DNA of 64,000 nucleotides from Azolla caroliniana (taxonomy: Eukaryota > Plantae > Polypodiophyta): positions 16,678,001 through 16,742,000 of the forward strand of contig JBHGNT010000006.1 in the NCBI GenBank assembly GCA_043228905.1, read 5' to 3'. This document shows positions 54,501 through 64,000 of the stretch, in pieces. The translations under genes were made by a program, and so were the position numbers. A model generated the notes under the pieces. The model was not told the DNA's origin, did no database searches, and worked only from the letters and a program-made list of their open reading frames with translations. How positions within the stretch are numbered: position 1 is the first letter of the stretch; the number at the start of each line of letters is the position of its first letter.

Positions 54501-57306
54501 CATCTTTCTCTGCCTGGGCCGGTTCGGGCTCACTAGCCCCATCCTCCGACATCGGGTCGGGATCGGAAGTCGGAGTCGGTAAGGAATACCACGATGCCGA
54601 TTCATCAAACTCGACATCTCGGCTGACTCGAACCTACTTCGTCCGGGGGTTATAACACTTATACCCCTTTTGCTCTTGAGCATAGCCGACTAGGATGCAT
54701 TTTTCCGATTTTGCATCCAGCTTTCTCCGCTTCCCATCCGACACATGTACATAGGCTATGCTGCCGAATATCCGGAGGTGTCTCAAATTCGGCTTGCGCC
54801 CAAAATACAGCTCGTGAGCTGACACCTTGTCCCCGATCCGGTTCTGGATGTAAACGACTGTTTGGACCGCCTCCGCCTAGTAGAGCTTGGGCATGCTCTT
54901 TTCCTCCAGCATTGCCCTAGCCGCGTCAATCAGCAACCGATTCTTCCTTTCGGCCACACTGTTCTATTGCGGTGTGTATCTACAGCTGAATTCTTGACGA
55001 ATTCCTTTTTGTTGCAGATAGCTGTTGAATTGGCCGGAAAAGTACTCCTTTCCGCCATCCGACCGAAGGCATTTGATCTTCCTCTCCGATTCCCGTTCCA
55101 CCATCTTCTGGAGGCTCCGGAAACACTCAAAGACTTCGCTCTTCCGCTCAATGAGGTAGATCCACGTATGCCGCATGTAGTCGTCGATGAAGGAGACGAA
55201 ATATCGACTCCTGCCAATGCTAACATTTTGTGCCGGTCCCCACACATCCGAATGGATAAGATCGAGCTTGTTACGGCTTCGATTTCTTTCGGTGGGGAAT
55301 GGAAGCCGGTGTTGATTCCCGAGTTGGCATGCTTCACAAATCTGGGCTCTCCGGCCACTAAACTTCGGCAAACCGAAAACGACTTGTTCCGTTTGCAGGT
55401 CTTGAAGCCTCCGGTAGTTGACGTGGCCGATCCGCTTGTGCCACAGGTCGATATCCGACTCGACCTTCTGTACTTTGGCGAACAGTGCAGTGCCGACATC
55501 ATTGGTGTTGAGGATAAACATCCTCCCATCTCTGCGCCCTTGCGCAATAACTTCGCTCTCATCCTCAATGAAGCACCCGAGGTGCGTAAACCGCACCTGC
55601 ATCCCTTGGTCGACGATCTGTCCGATCGACACCAGGTTCTTCGTGATCGTCGGAACATGTAATACATTCATCAGCTTCCCCCTCTGTCCGACATGGCTCA
55701 AAGGGACTTCTCCGACGTGCACGATCGGGTGGGGAGTGTCGTCTCCGGTTTCGACAACTCCCGGTTGATCCGACTTCTCCAAAAAGGAGAACCACTCCTA
55801 GTGGCTCGTCATGTGGTTTGATGCGCCGGAGTCAACATACCACACTTCCTCCGATTTGGAGGTGGTCTTGTTCATCGAGTTTGCCTTGTGCTTCATCACC
55901 AAGGCTGGCCCCTTACCGTTCTTGGGTCCTCCCGATCCGTTTGCATTGTGCGAGCTTTGCCGGCCTTCCTTTCCGAATTGGCACGCTTTCTCCAGCACTC
56001 GCTTTCCCTGTGGCCCTTTTTGCCATAGTACCAGCATTCCGTAGTGGATTTGTCTTGCCGGCCTCCGGCACCACCTTGACTCCCCCTACTTGTGGAGGTC
56101 CCGGAACTGCTGTCGGCACGCTCACTGTGCCTTCATTCTTGCTCTTGCCGGCCGCCTCCATTGCGTGCCGACCTGCCTCGTCCACCACGCCCGCGGGACT
56201 GATCCGCTCCCGTGTACAACATTTGGCTGTCTGGGGATGCACTGGTAGATGCACTGGTGTGGTTCTCCTCTACAAGGAGCATCGACTGTAAGTCGAAAAA
56301 TGAGGGCGTATTCTCCCTTGTACAAACCACAGTTCGGAAAGCTCCGAACTTGGACGCCAGGCCTCCAAGACAAACCTGCACCATCTCGTCCTCCTCTACG
56401 GTGACGTTAATCGAGGCAAGCGAGTCACAGATCCCTTTGATCCGGTCTGTGTAATCTGCCACCGACATGTTCTTCTGTCGAACATTGCTCAACTCCTGTC
56501 TGAGTTGCAGCTTCCGGGCAGTGGTGCTTGCGGTGAAAACCTTTTTCAGGTTTCCCCAAGCATCCTTCGGTGTCTTGGCGTCACGGATATGGCTGAGCAG
56601 CTGGTCACCGACACTGGACGCGAAGTAGTACATCACCCTGCTTGCCGCCTGTTCCCACACTGGGAAGTCCTTGTGTGTCGTCTCCGGTGCGGAGTCGTTC
56701 ACTCCGTCGACATAACTCCAGTAGTCATGCCCAAGCAGGTACTGGTGCATCTTGTATGACCAAGATGCATAGTTGGTTCTGTCGAGCTTCTCCACCGGGA
56801 GCGACGTAGCCATACCTCTGTCCATTTCTCCTTTTGTGTTTGTTTTTCGATCTGTTAGGGTTTCCTTCACAAGCGTAGATGTCTGCAGTAGAGGTTCTCA
56901 ACCCATGCGCTCTGATACCATGTGAAAGATTGCTTGCGGAAGCGTTAGAAAGAACAATACATAGAGAGAGAGAGAGAGAGTACGCGGGAGAGAGACAAAG
57001 AGAGAGCAAAACACACTATATTTCAAAATTATATGAATACTCTGTGCTCTGTATCTACAACGCGCTCATCAATGCTATTTATACAACTCCACACGGGACT
57101 GTTAGAAGTACCACGAGACTATAACTGCCTAGTAGTCTAACCTATACTAGGCTTCCGGTTACGGATTGGATCCGGCATACCGGCTCCCAAGCTCACCGGT
57201 CCTTACTGCTTACCGGCTTGGTTGCTCACCGGCATACCGATTCATCTCGCTTACCGCCTCAGGCTTATTCAGCCGATCCGGCTCCGGTTGAGCTTACTGC
57301 TCAACA
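51510..57306 (-). mobile_element. Full-length copia, family C, inner copy (5' LTR 56921-57306, 3' LTR 51510-51931)
   Basis: TSD tggga; PBS tggtatcagagc adjoining the 5' LTR; gag MATSLPVEKLD, PR WYVDSGAS, IN LRSDGGKEY, RT LLYVDDL, RH; several stops and frameshifts. Confidence 0.95.
51926..53200 (-). CDS. Copia C RT end plus RNase H with an in-frame ~205-aa C-terminal extension
   Basis: Open frame from YTDADWAGD/EAEY/DNLSS through HLRG to ...PQVDLEGEC*, with the stop overlapping the LTR start. Confidence 0.75.
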   Translation of the reverse strand: MTITQPDISYLVRVVSQFMQKPTVEHLQCAQRILRYVSGTKDRGLLYRQGITEELVGYTDADWAGDATDRRSTSSFLFSLGSAAVAWSSKKQPTVALSSTEAEYRGTTIATCEAIWLRRLLQDLQIEAPTLILIYCDNLSSMQLAKNPVFHARTKHIEVHYHFVRERVLSGEVELRYVHTDRQVADIFTKPLGSDKLRHFTKMLGVRYLDVPHLRGRRKGKDTTKATTETGKGKKIVEPVGKRRTGRGGDKKKNEVESTKEVGTSEQVGEPAEDAKGSTEKAKTRTWSDVVRGVKPKIESEDTDSDKSWNKSETTDSDQQTDPDESDQREAKETQTQRKSMPSQRNRRIGKRRSHSSEGAEMGLLSRHAEGRGAPNQRGRGKRDRTRQGARARRSDARRSRLEEPVATEVDTMTLPQVDLEGEC

Positions 57307-60246
57307 TGGGATATCTCACAGTTTTCTCTTTTCCTTTCACAAACTTTATACCCTCATATCTTGACATTTAGTTGTCCGTTTCTCGTGTAAAGTGCACCTC
57401 TTCAAGATCTTCGTTTTTTATACTAAGATATTAAACTTACTTAGAATTAGTATATTCACTATTATTGCTTTATATGATTCATACTCGATTTTGTACGTTT
57501 TATGTGATTTTCACACCATTGCCGAAAATCTTCACGACAACGTGTAATACGTTCATCAACTTCCCCCTTTGTCTGACGTGGCTCAAAGGGACTTCTCCAA
57601 CATGCACGATTGGGTGAGGAGTGTCGTCTCTGGTTTCGACAACTCCCAAGAAAGAGAACCACTCTTTGTGGCTCGTCATGTGATTCGACGCACTAGACCA
57701 ACGTACCACACTTCCTCCGATTTGGAAGTGGTCTTCTTAATCGACTTAGCCTCGTGTTTCATCACCATGGCTGGCCCTTACCGGCTTTTCCGGTTTTGGA
57801 TCCTCCCGATCCTTCTGCGTAGTGCGAGTATTGTCGGTTCTCTCTACCGGCCTTGCCGGATTCGGATCTGTCCGAATCGGTGCGCTTCTTCCAGCACTCG
57901 CTTTCTCTGTGGCCCTTTTTACCATAGTACCAGCATTCCGTGTCGGCCTTTGCTTGCCGGCCTCCGGCGCCACCTTGACTCCCCCTGCTTGTGGAGGGTC
58001 TGGAACTGCTGTCGGCACGTTCTCTGTGCCTTCAGTCCTGCTCTTGCTGGCCGCTACCATTGCGAGCCGACCCGCCTCGTCCACCACGCCCACGGGGCTG
58101 ATCCGCCTCCGTGTACAACATCCGGCTGTCGGTGGGTGCACTTGTTGACACACCGGCATGGTTCTCCTCTACAAGGAGCATCAACTGTAAGTCGAAAAAT
58201 GACGACGTACTCTCCCTTGTACATACCGCCATTCGGAATGCTCTGAACTTAGACGCTAGGCCCCCAAGACAGATCTGCACCATCTCATCTTCCTCTATAG
58301 TGACGTTGATAGAGGCAAGTGAGTCACAGATCTCTTTCATTCGGGCCGTGTAATCGGCTACCGACATGTCCTTCTGTCGGACATTGCTCAACTCCTATCG
58401 GGCCGTAGTGCTTGCCGCGAAAACCTTCTTCAGGTTTCCCCAAGCTTCTTTTGGCGTCTTGGCATCTCAGACATGGCTCAGTAGCTGGTCTCCGACACTG
58501 GACGCAAAGAAGTACATCACTCTGCTTGCCGCTTGTTCCCACACTAGGAAGTCCTTGTGTGCCACATCAGGTGCTGTGTTGTTAGCTCCGTCGACATAGC
58601 TCTAGTAAGCATGCCCAAGCAGGTACTGTTGCATCTTGTATGACCAAGATGCATAGTTGGATCTGTCGAGCTTCTCCACCGGGAGCGAGGTAGCCATTCC
58701 TCTGTCCATCACTTCTCTTTTTGTTCTTACCAACTCTTAGGGTTTGTCTTCAGATGCTGATGTCGGCTGCAGAGGTTCTCAACCCTCGCGCTTTGATACC
58801 GTGAAAAAATGAAGGTGCGGAAGCGTTAGACAACCGACCCAGCCAGATAGCAATAGAGAGAGAGAGAGATTAATACGCAGGAGAGATAGAGAGAGTGCAG
58901 AAAAACTTAAATCTATTATCAAAACAATAATAGTTCTCTGTACATACAATGTGCTCAACAACACTATTTATACAAGTCCTAAGAGGACTGACACAGGTAC
59001 AATGTACTTCAATGCTCACACGAGTGTCTGACACTAACTACGAGACATTGACTACCTAGTAGTCTAGGTTGCTAATAGGCTTCCAGTTACTGCTTGATCC
59101 GACTAACTGGCTCCCTAGCTCATCGACTCACTTGCTCACCGGCTCACCGATCCAGCTCAGGCTTATTCAGCCGATCTGGATCTAGTTGAGCTTGCCGCTC
59201 AATATATTGGGTTAGCTAACTATTTGCCCCTATGACCAAATAATTGCACCAATCCATAGGCATTTCAATTTCTATGATATACCCCTCCTCACTCTATGTT
59301 TTTTATTCAAAGATTGTGATTGAACATTACATAGACATCCTTATATTCCCTAGTTTTCTTTACACTAACAAGATGCGAAGGTGATGTCTACCATTTTCAG
59401 GAAGTTATGCGCACGTCGCGCATGTAAAGTGCAATCAGGAACCATCGGCTTGAATTATATGTATGCTTATACATATACATCATTTGTGTTTGTATTAGTG
59501 ATTTTGTGTATGTGCTTGAAATGTCTGTGTATTTGTGTAAACGTGTGAAGGTATTTGGGGAAATGTCAGGTTTCCCTTCACTCATGGGTATGACTTAGAG
59601 GGGAAACGAGTGTGACATAGGGGCAAAGATGGTAAAATTTGTGATTGTGTTGTGATGCGAGGAGTGCACATGAGGAAATCATTTAGAATTAATATATATA
59701 AAGGATTGAAGAACATGACAAAAGAATACATAGAAGGTCATGTAATTCAACGAAAGATATAGCTCAATTGTGAAGAGCCAATTCTAGGAACGAAAAGGTC
59801 ATGTAATTCAATAAAGGATGTTGGCCGGTCAGAAGAAGGCAAATGGGAAAGCAAAGATGAATCGGAGTCGAAGCGGATAAATAGATAAATAGAATTATTA
59901 GGAGGGACGGATCTGGTAGTTGTAACCGATCCGGATCCGAACCGATTCGGTTTCGGTTAACGGTTGCCTAAGAGCACCGATTGTAATCTGGCCGGATGCC
60001 TATAAAAGGATCCGATGTTTTGTAATGAAGTTACGAAGAATTAATATAGTCTTGCTTATGCTTATTGATCTTATCTTCGTCTGTGCTTAAGTGTAATTAT
60101 CATACGCGTGTATTAACATCCTATCCCTACCACCCCTTTGGAGAAGTGTCGGATAGACACCTGTGTTGCGGCTAGTCCAGCCATACATACAACACTATTT
60201 TGGCGACCACGATTCCTACAGAGTGCAGAGGACAACCGGGGGATGG

Positions 60247-63200
60247 ATGTCTAGACAAAACAACGACCACCTCACCGAAAGAGGGAGATGCCACGCCGAA
60301 CGACAGCGACGACGGGAAGCCCTGCAGCAAGCCGTCGACGAGATCCGGCGCGATCGGTCATTCTCAAAAACGCTTCGGCAAATCGCAGAAGAAGCACTGC
60401 AGTTCCAGGTTCTACAAGCTTCCGACAAAGGCAGTAGCATAACCAACCTCCAAGAAGCGGAGACACTACTACAGACTCTCGCTGGCGGCGACGGGGACGC
60501 AGTGGCATTTGCAACATTAGAGGCGGATTCGGATAGCGGGGAAAGCGTGGGATCCCGTTATAAAAGCAGCCACGAGAACAACCCCTTTGAGTCGGATTAC
60601 TCAGCAACATCGGAGCCAGAGGAGGAAATAACTCTGGAGTTCGGTGACCGGCAATCGCCGAGGAGGGAGGAGCGGTTATCAACACCACCCGCGGAGGAAC
60701 CGCAGGAGCGGATACCAACACCACCCGCGGAGGAACCGCAGGAGCGGTTATCAACACCACCCGCGGAGGAACCGCAAGAGCGGATACCAACACCACCTGC
60801 GGGGGAACCGCAGGAGCGGATACCGACTTCGGAGGAACCAGCGCAGGAGAATCAGTGGGACGACACGATGCCGTATCCGTACCCAAAGTATCGGGATGAG
60901 CCCGACGCAGAGGCACATGTGTATGCATTCCTACAAACATGGGAAGCCAACCACGTGTCCCAGAGACTGACGGAGCCCGAGGCCGACCGATCCAAAGTCG
61001 CCGAATTCGGCATGACATTAGAAGGACCGGCGGCCCGGTGGCACGCAAAGCACTTACCAGGCAGCTTCGCCACGTTCGAGGCATTGAAAACCCAGTTTTT
61101 ACGCCTGTTTCATAGACGAGTGGAACAAAGGGAATTGGTCGGACAATTCTACACCACCCGGCAGGGAGAAAACGAGACGGTCCCACAATTTATCATTCGT
61201 TTCCAGACCTTGCACAGTCAATTAGCAAGAGCACCACCCGAAGAGGAGGCCAAAGCAGTCTTTTTGGCTGCGTTGAAAGAGCCACTTCGAGCGATGTGTG
61301 GAATCCTCGATTTCAGCACCAGCACAATGGACCAAGTCATTGATCGGGTCCTGGAAATGGACAAGACGAGCCCCTTCTTGCCGATGGGGGCGTTACACCA
61401 GGCGCTTCCGAAGGAGGAGGACCTCCGGTTCCGACAAGCCCTACAATGCACAACATGCCTAAATTCGGGGCACTCGACCGTCGACTGCACCCTGCGTGCA
61501 CAGTGCATGATATGCAATTCTCGCGCCCACACAACGAACCGATGCGAGTATAACCTGTTAACTCGACAAGCGGCACCGGTCCGACACATAGAACCGCGCA
61601 ATCGGGACCCGGAAGAGGATCGATTCCGGAGGGACGACCGCTACCGACGAGAACGTGGCGACAGATACCCCGATAGAAGACGCGACAGCTATGACCGAGA
61701 GGAGAACCGTAGGGATAGCTACCCCCGGGACCGGTACGACCGAGACGAATCCCCGGAATACGAGCGACGCAGAGAAGAAAGGCGGCCAGGGAACCGGAAT
61801 TTCCGACGGAACCAAAGGCGTGGATTCTTCCGTAGAGAGGAGCGGCGGGAGGTAGCAAGGAATGACAAACCAGTAGCGGCACCGGAGAACCGAAAAACCG
61901 AGGACAACCGCCGGGGAATGCCCCTTCCCCAAACAGGGGAAAAAGGAGAATCCAGCAACACGCACAGGGTGTACTGTTATTACTGCCGAAAAGAGGGGCA
62001 TTACAGTAATCAATGCCCAAGCAAAACAACCGACAAGCAGCCGGCAGTCAACATGGTGACAGCCGAAGTACAACAGGTTACCACGCGGTCGAAGGGGAAG
62101 GCCGCCGAATGGGAAGCCCAGGAAGCAATCAGAAAACAAGCGGCACAATGGATTAAAGAAGCCAACGAACAAGGTGCGGCGGAAGTAAGAGACCAAAATA
62201 TGCCAAAGGATGAGGAAATCGTACAGCCAGGAGAAAACCCGACATGGCAAGCACTACAAGATTGTCAGATCGTGCTGTCGTTGGCACGGTTACTGCAGTT
62301 GGTGCCGCGGTTTACAGCAGACTTACAAGCCGCCGTGAGCAAACCGACGCCGACGCCAGCACCGGCATTTTTCTCCAACCCGGAGGAAGGCCCAACGGTG
62401 GTCGATACCAGTAGCCCAGCAATCACGACAATCGTCAAAGGAAAGGAGATTCCAGGAACAATTATTGACGGAGGCTCCGGGGTGAACGTCATCAGTGGAC
62501 AGACATGCGATGACCTAGGCATCCAGGAGTGGGAACCATGCCCCTTCTGGTTACGCATGGCGGATACAAGCTCAGTCCGACCAACCGGTCTTATCCGGGA
62601 CTTGGAAGTAACGATAGGAGGCCACGTATTTCGGATATCGGCCGTGGTACTAGAGCTGAATGTACAAGGCGCATATCCCCTACTGTTAGGACGACCATGG
62701 CTGCGAACGGCGCATATCAAGCAAAACTGGCAAAAGAATATGATCACGTTCCGACGAGGGAAAACAAAGGTACGGGTAGCCACGCAACCACGGGTGCTCA
62801 CTAGCAAGGAGGCAACCCCTTTATATGCCGAAAGCATCAACATGTTGGAGGGCTTACCGGATGAGGAAGTTGATCGGTACCTCGAGGAACACCCACAGAT
62901 CGTCCCACTTTTTGAGGTGGATATCACGGCAGTAGTAGAGCCGTACATCACAATGCCGGACGAGCCGGACAAAGCGGCAATCCGGGAACTACGCCAAGCA
63001 CAGGAAGCCCTAGAAAGAGAAATGACGATATCCCAAAGGGTGAAAGCATCCCAGCTGGAAGAGGTGGACCTCGGCACAACAGAACAACCCCGACCGGTAA
63101 AAGTCGCGAAGGAATTGCCGAAGGAGGAAAAACGGGCAATGGTAGCACTGTTAACGGATTTCAAGGACGTGTTCGCATGGTCATACGAAGACATGCGAGG

Positions 63201-63789
63201 GCTGGACCCCCAGCTCTACCAGCACCAAATTCATCTAAGTACTGACGCGAAACCCATCGCTCAACGCCGGTACCGGATGAATCCAAACTATGCGGCAAAG
63301 GTGAAGGAGGAAATTGACAAGCTTCTCCGGGTCGGATTTATCCGACCAGTCAAGCAGGCAACCTGGCTGAGCCCGATAGTGGTGGTCCCGAAAAAGAACG
63401 GCAAAATCCGGGTATGTGTGGACTACAGGAAACTAAATGCCGCGACAGTGACCGACGCTTTTCCACTACCATTCACGGACGGAGTGCTAGATGCGGTGGC
63501 CGGCCACGAAGTTTACAGCTTCCTGGATGGATTCAGCGGCTACAACCAAATCCGAATGAACCCGACCGACCAAGAGAAAACAACGTTCGTGACGGAATGG
63601 GGAGTGTTCGTCGCGGTCATGATGATGTTCGGATTAAAGACAGCCCCTGCAACATTTCAAAGGATAATTATGGAAATCTTCGGGGATTTTATTCCCGGTT
63701 TTATGCAGGTCTTCCTAGACGATTTCGCCGTCTACAACCGACACGGAGAGCATCTCGACCACCTACGACTATGCTTAGAACCCGGCTAA
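60247..63789 (+). CDS. Gypsy gag-pol (gag, three zinc knuckles, aspartic protease, RT); frameshifted near 63780
   Basis: CTTCLNSGHSTVDC, CMICNSRAHTTNRC, CYYCRKEGHYSNQC; PR IIDGGSGVNVI; RT RVCVDYRKLN, LDGFSGYNQI, FLDD. Confidence 0.9.
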   Translation: MSRQNNDHLTERGRCHAERQRRREALQQAVDEIRRDRSFSKTLRQIAEEALQFQVLQASDKGSSITNLQEAETLLQTLAGGDGDAVAFATLEADSDSGESVGSRYKSSHENNPFESDYSATSEPEEEITLEFGDRQSPRREERLSTPPAEEPQERIPTPPAEEPQERLSTPPAEEPQERIPTPPAGEPQERIPTSEEPAQENQWDDTMPYPYPKYRDEPDAEAHVYAFLQTWEANHVSQRLTEPEADRSKVAEFGMTLEGPAARWHAKHLPGSFATFEALKTQFLRLFHRRVEQRELVGQFYTTRQGENETVPQFIIRFQTLHSQLARAPPEEEAKAVFLAALKEPLRAMCGILDFSTSTMDQVIDRVLEMDKTSPFLPMGALHQALPKEEDLRFRQALQCTTCLNSGHSTVDCTLRAQCMICNSRAHTTNRCEYNLLTRQAAPVRHIEPRNRDPEEDRFRRDDRYRRERGDRYPDRRRDSYDREENRRDSYPRDRYDRDESPEYERRREERRPGNRNFRRNQRRGFFRREERREVARNDKPVAAPENRKTEDNRRGMPLPQTGEKGESSNTHRVYCYYCRKEGHYSNQCPSKTTDKQPAVNMVTAEVQQVTTRSKGKAAEWEAQEAIRKQAAQWIKEANEQGAAEVRDQNMPKDEEIVQPGENPTWQALQDCQIVLSLARLLQLVPRFTADLQAAVSKPTPTPAPAFFSNPEEGPTVVDTSSPAITTIVKGKEIPGTIIDGGSGVNVISGQTCDDLGIQEWEPCPFWLRMADTSSVRPTGLIRDLEVTIGGHVFRISAVVLELNVQGAYPLLLGRPWLRTAHIKQNWQKNMITFRRGKTKVRVATQPRVLTSKEATPLYAESINMLEGLPDEEVDRYLEEHPQIVPLFEVDITAVVEPYITMPDEPDKAAIRELRQAQEALEREMTISQRVKASQLEEVDLGTTEQPRPVKVAKELPKEEKRAMVALLTDFKDVFAWSYEDMRGLDPQLYQHQIHLSTDAKPIAQRRYRMNPNYAAKVKEEIDKLLRVGFIRPVKQATWLSPIVVVPKKNGKIRVCVDYRKLNAATVTDAFPLPFTDGVLDAVAGHEVYSFLDGFSGYNQIRMNPTDQEKTTFVTEWGVFVAVMMMFGLKTAPATFQRIIMEIFGDFIPGFMQVFLDDFAVYNRHGEHLDHLRLCLEPG
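60668..60835 (+). repeat. 36-bp in-frame tandem repeat (~4.5 copies) in gypsy gag
   Basis: gagcgg(t/a)ta(t/c)caacaccacc(c/t)gcgg(a/g)ggaaccgca(g/a), encoding ER(L/I)(S/P)TPPA(E/G)EPQ. Confidence 0.9.
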
Positions 63790-64000
63790 GTGCGTCTTTG
63801 GAGTCGCAAGCGGCAACTTGTTAGGGCACGTGGTGAGTCGGGAAGGAATCGCGGTAGATCCGGATAAAGTAAAGGCAATTCTCGACGCACCGGCACCGAA
63901 TAACGCAAAGGCTTTAAGCCGATTCCTTGGTCAAATAAGGTGGCATAGTCGGATGATACGGCACCTTGCCGACTTTGCTACACCATTGCACGCTACTGTA

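Larger units (their letters stand above)
50714..57539. mobile_element. Probable solo LTR (~1.0 kb net) interrupted by copia C inner copy
   Basis: Perfect 12-bp inverted ends tgtcgtgaagat...atcttcacgaca; acgt duplicated on both sides; host copia rejoins as gtcggaacgt|gtaatac. Confidence 0.78.
39838..59204 (-). mobile_element. Copia family C, outer copy (3' LTR ~39838-40269, 5' LTR ~58801-59204), host to nested insertions
   Basis: Matching LTRs; probable TSD tattg; decayed Met PBS at ~58790; gag/PR 57540-58710, PR-IN 50583-50713, IN-RT-RH 40270-43743; host sequence rejoins across each insertion. Confidence 0.88.
59819..64000 (+). mobile_element. Ty3/gypsy, 5' part (LTR 59819-60194, PBS 60201), running off the window end
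   Basis: TG...CA LTR; PBS tggcgaccacga identical to the 43.7-kb element; gag-PR-RT order. Confidence 0.92.

Noticed and set aside
39772-59369. Possible additional solo LTR (tgttgaac...actaaca) hosting the outer copia C
   Set aside because: TG/CA ends are present but no matching TSD was found
60216-63194. Long minus-strand ORFs (304, 230, 309 aa) opposite gypsy gag-pol, and similar shadow ORFs at 40-58 kb
   Set aside because: Antisense shadows of GC-rich retroelement coding sequence; no recognisable motifs

Overview
Eukaryotic land-plant genomic DNA; the TE repertoire, (GA)n/(CA)n microsatellites and large TE-filled introns look fern-like, but the organism is an inference. Two spliced host genes could be reconstructed with GT-AG junctions and consistent phases. 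(1) A 5-exon, 165-aa WW-domain gene on + (4133-6047) whose protein ends in PPPY. (2) A 14-exon, ~1275-aa R3H/ankyrin DExH-box RNA helicase (DExH6/HVT1/YTHDC2-like) on - (37065-7835), whose introns 1 and 2 are each ~11 kb of nested Ty1/copia elements and hAT MITEs. From ~38 kb onward the window is a multi-tier nest of copia, gypsy, solo-LTR and LINE sequences. Most notable: a copia family whose pol reads through a duplicated polypurine tract into a frame-conserved ~170-205 aa tail; a copia family with TG...TA ends whose inverted copies bracket the helicase R3H exon; a tRNA-like Pol III cassette inside a solo LTR with a 4-bp TSD; and a gypsy deletion derivative carrying a large extra 3' ORF. Family labels A-D are my own working names. 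Coordinates were read by eye and may be off by a few bases.
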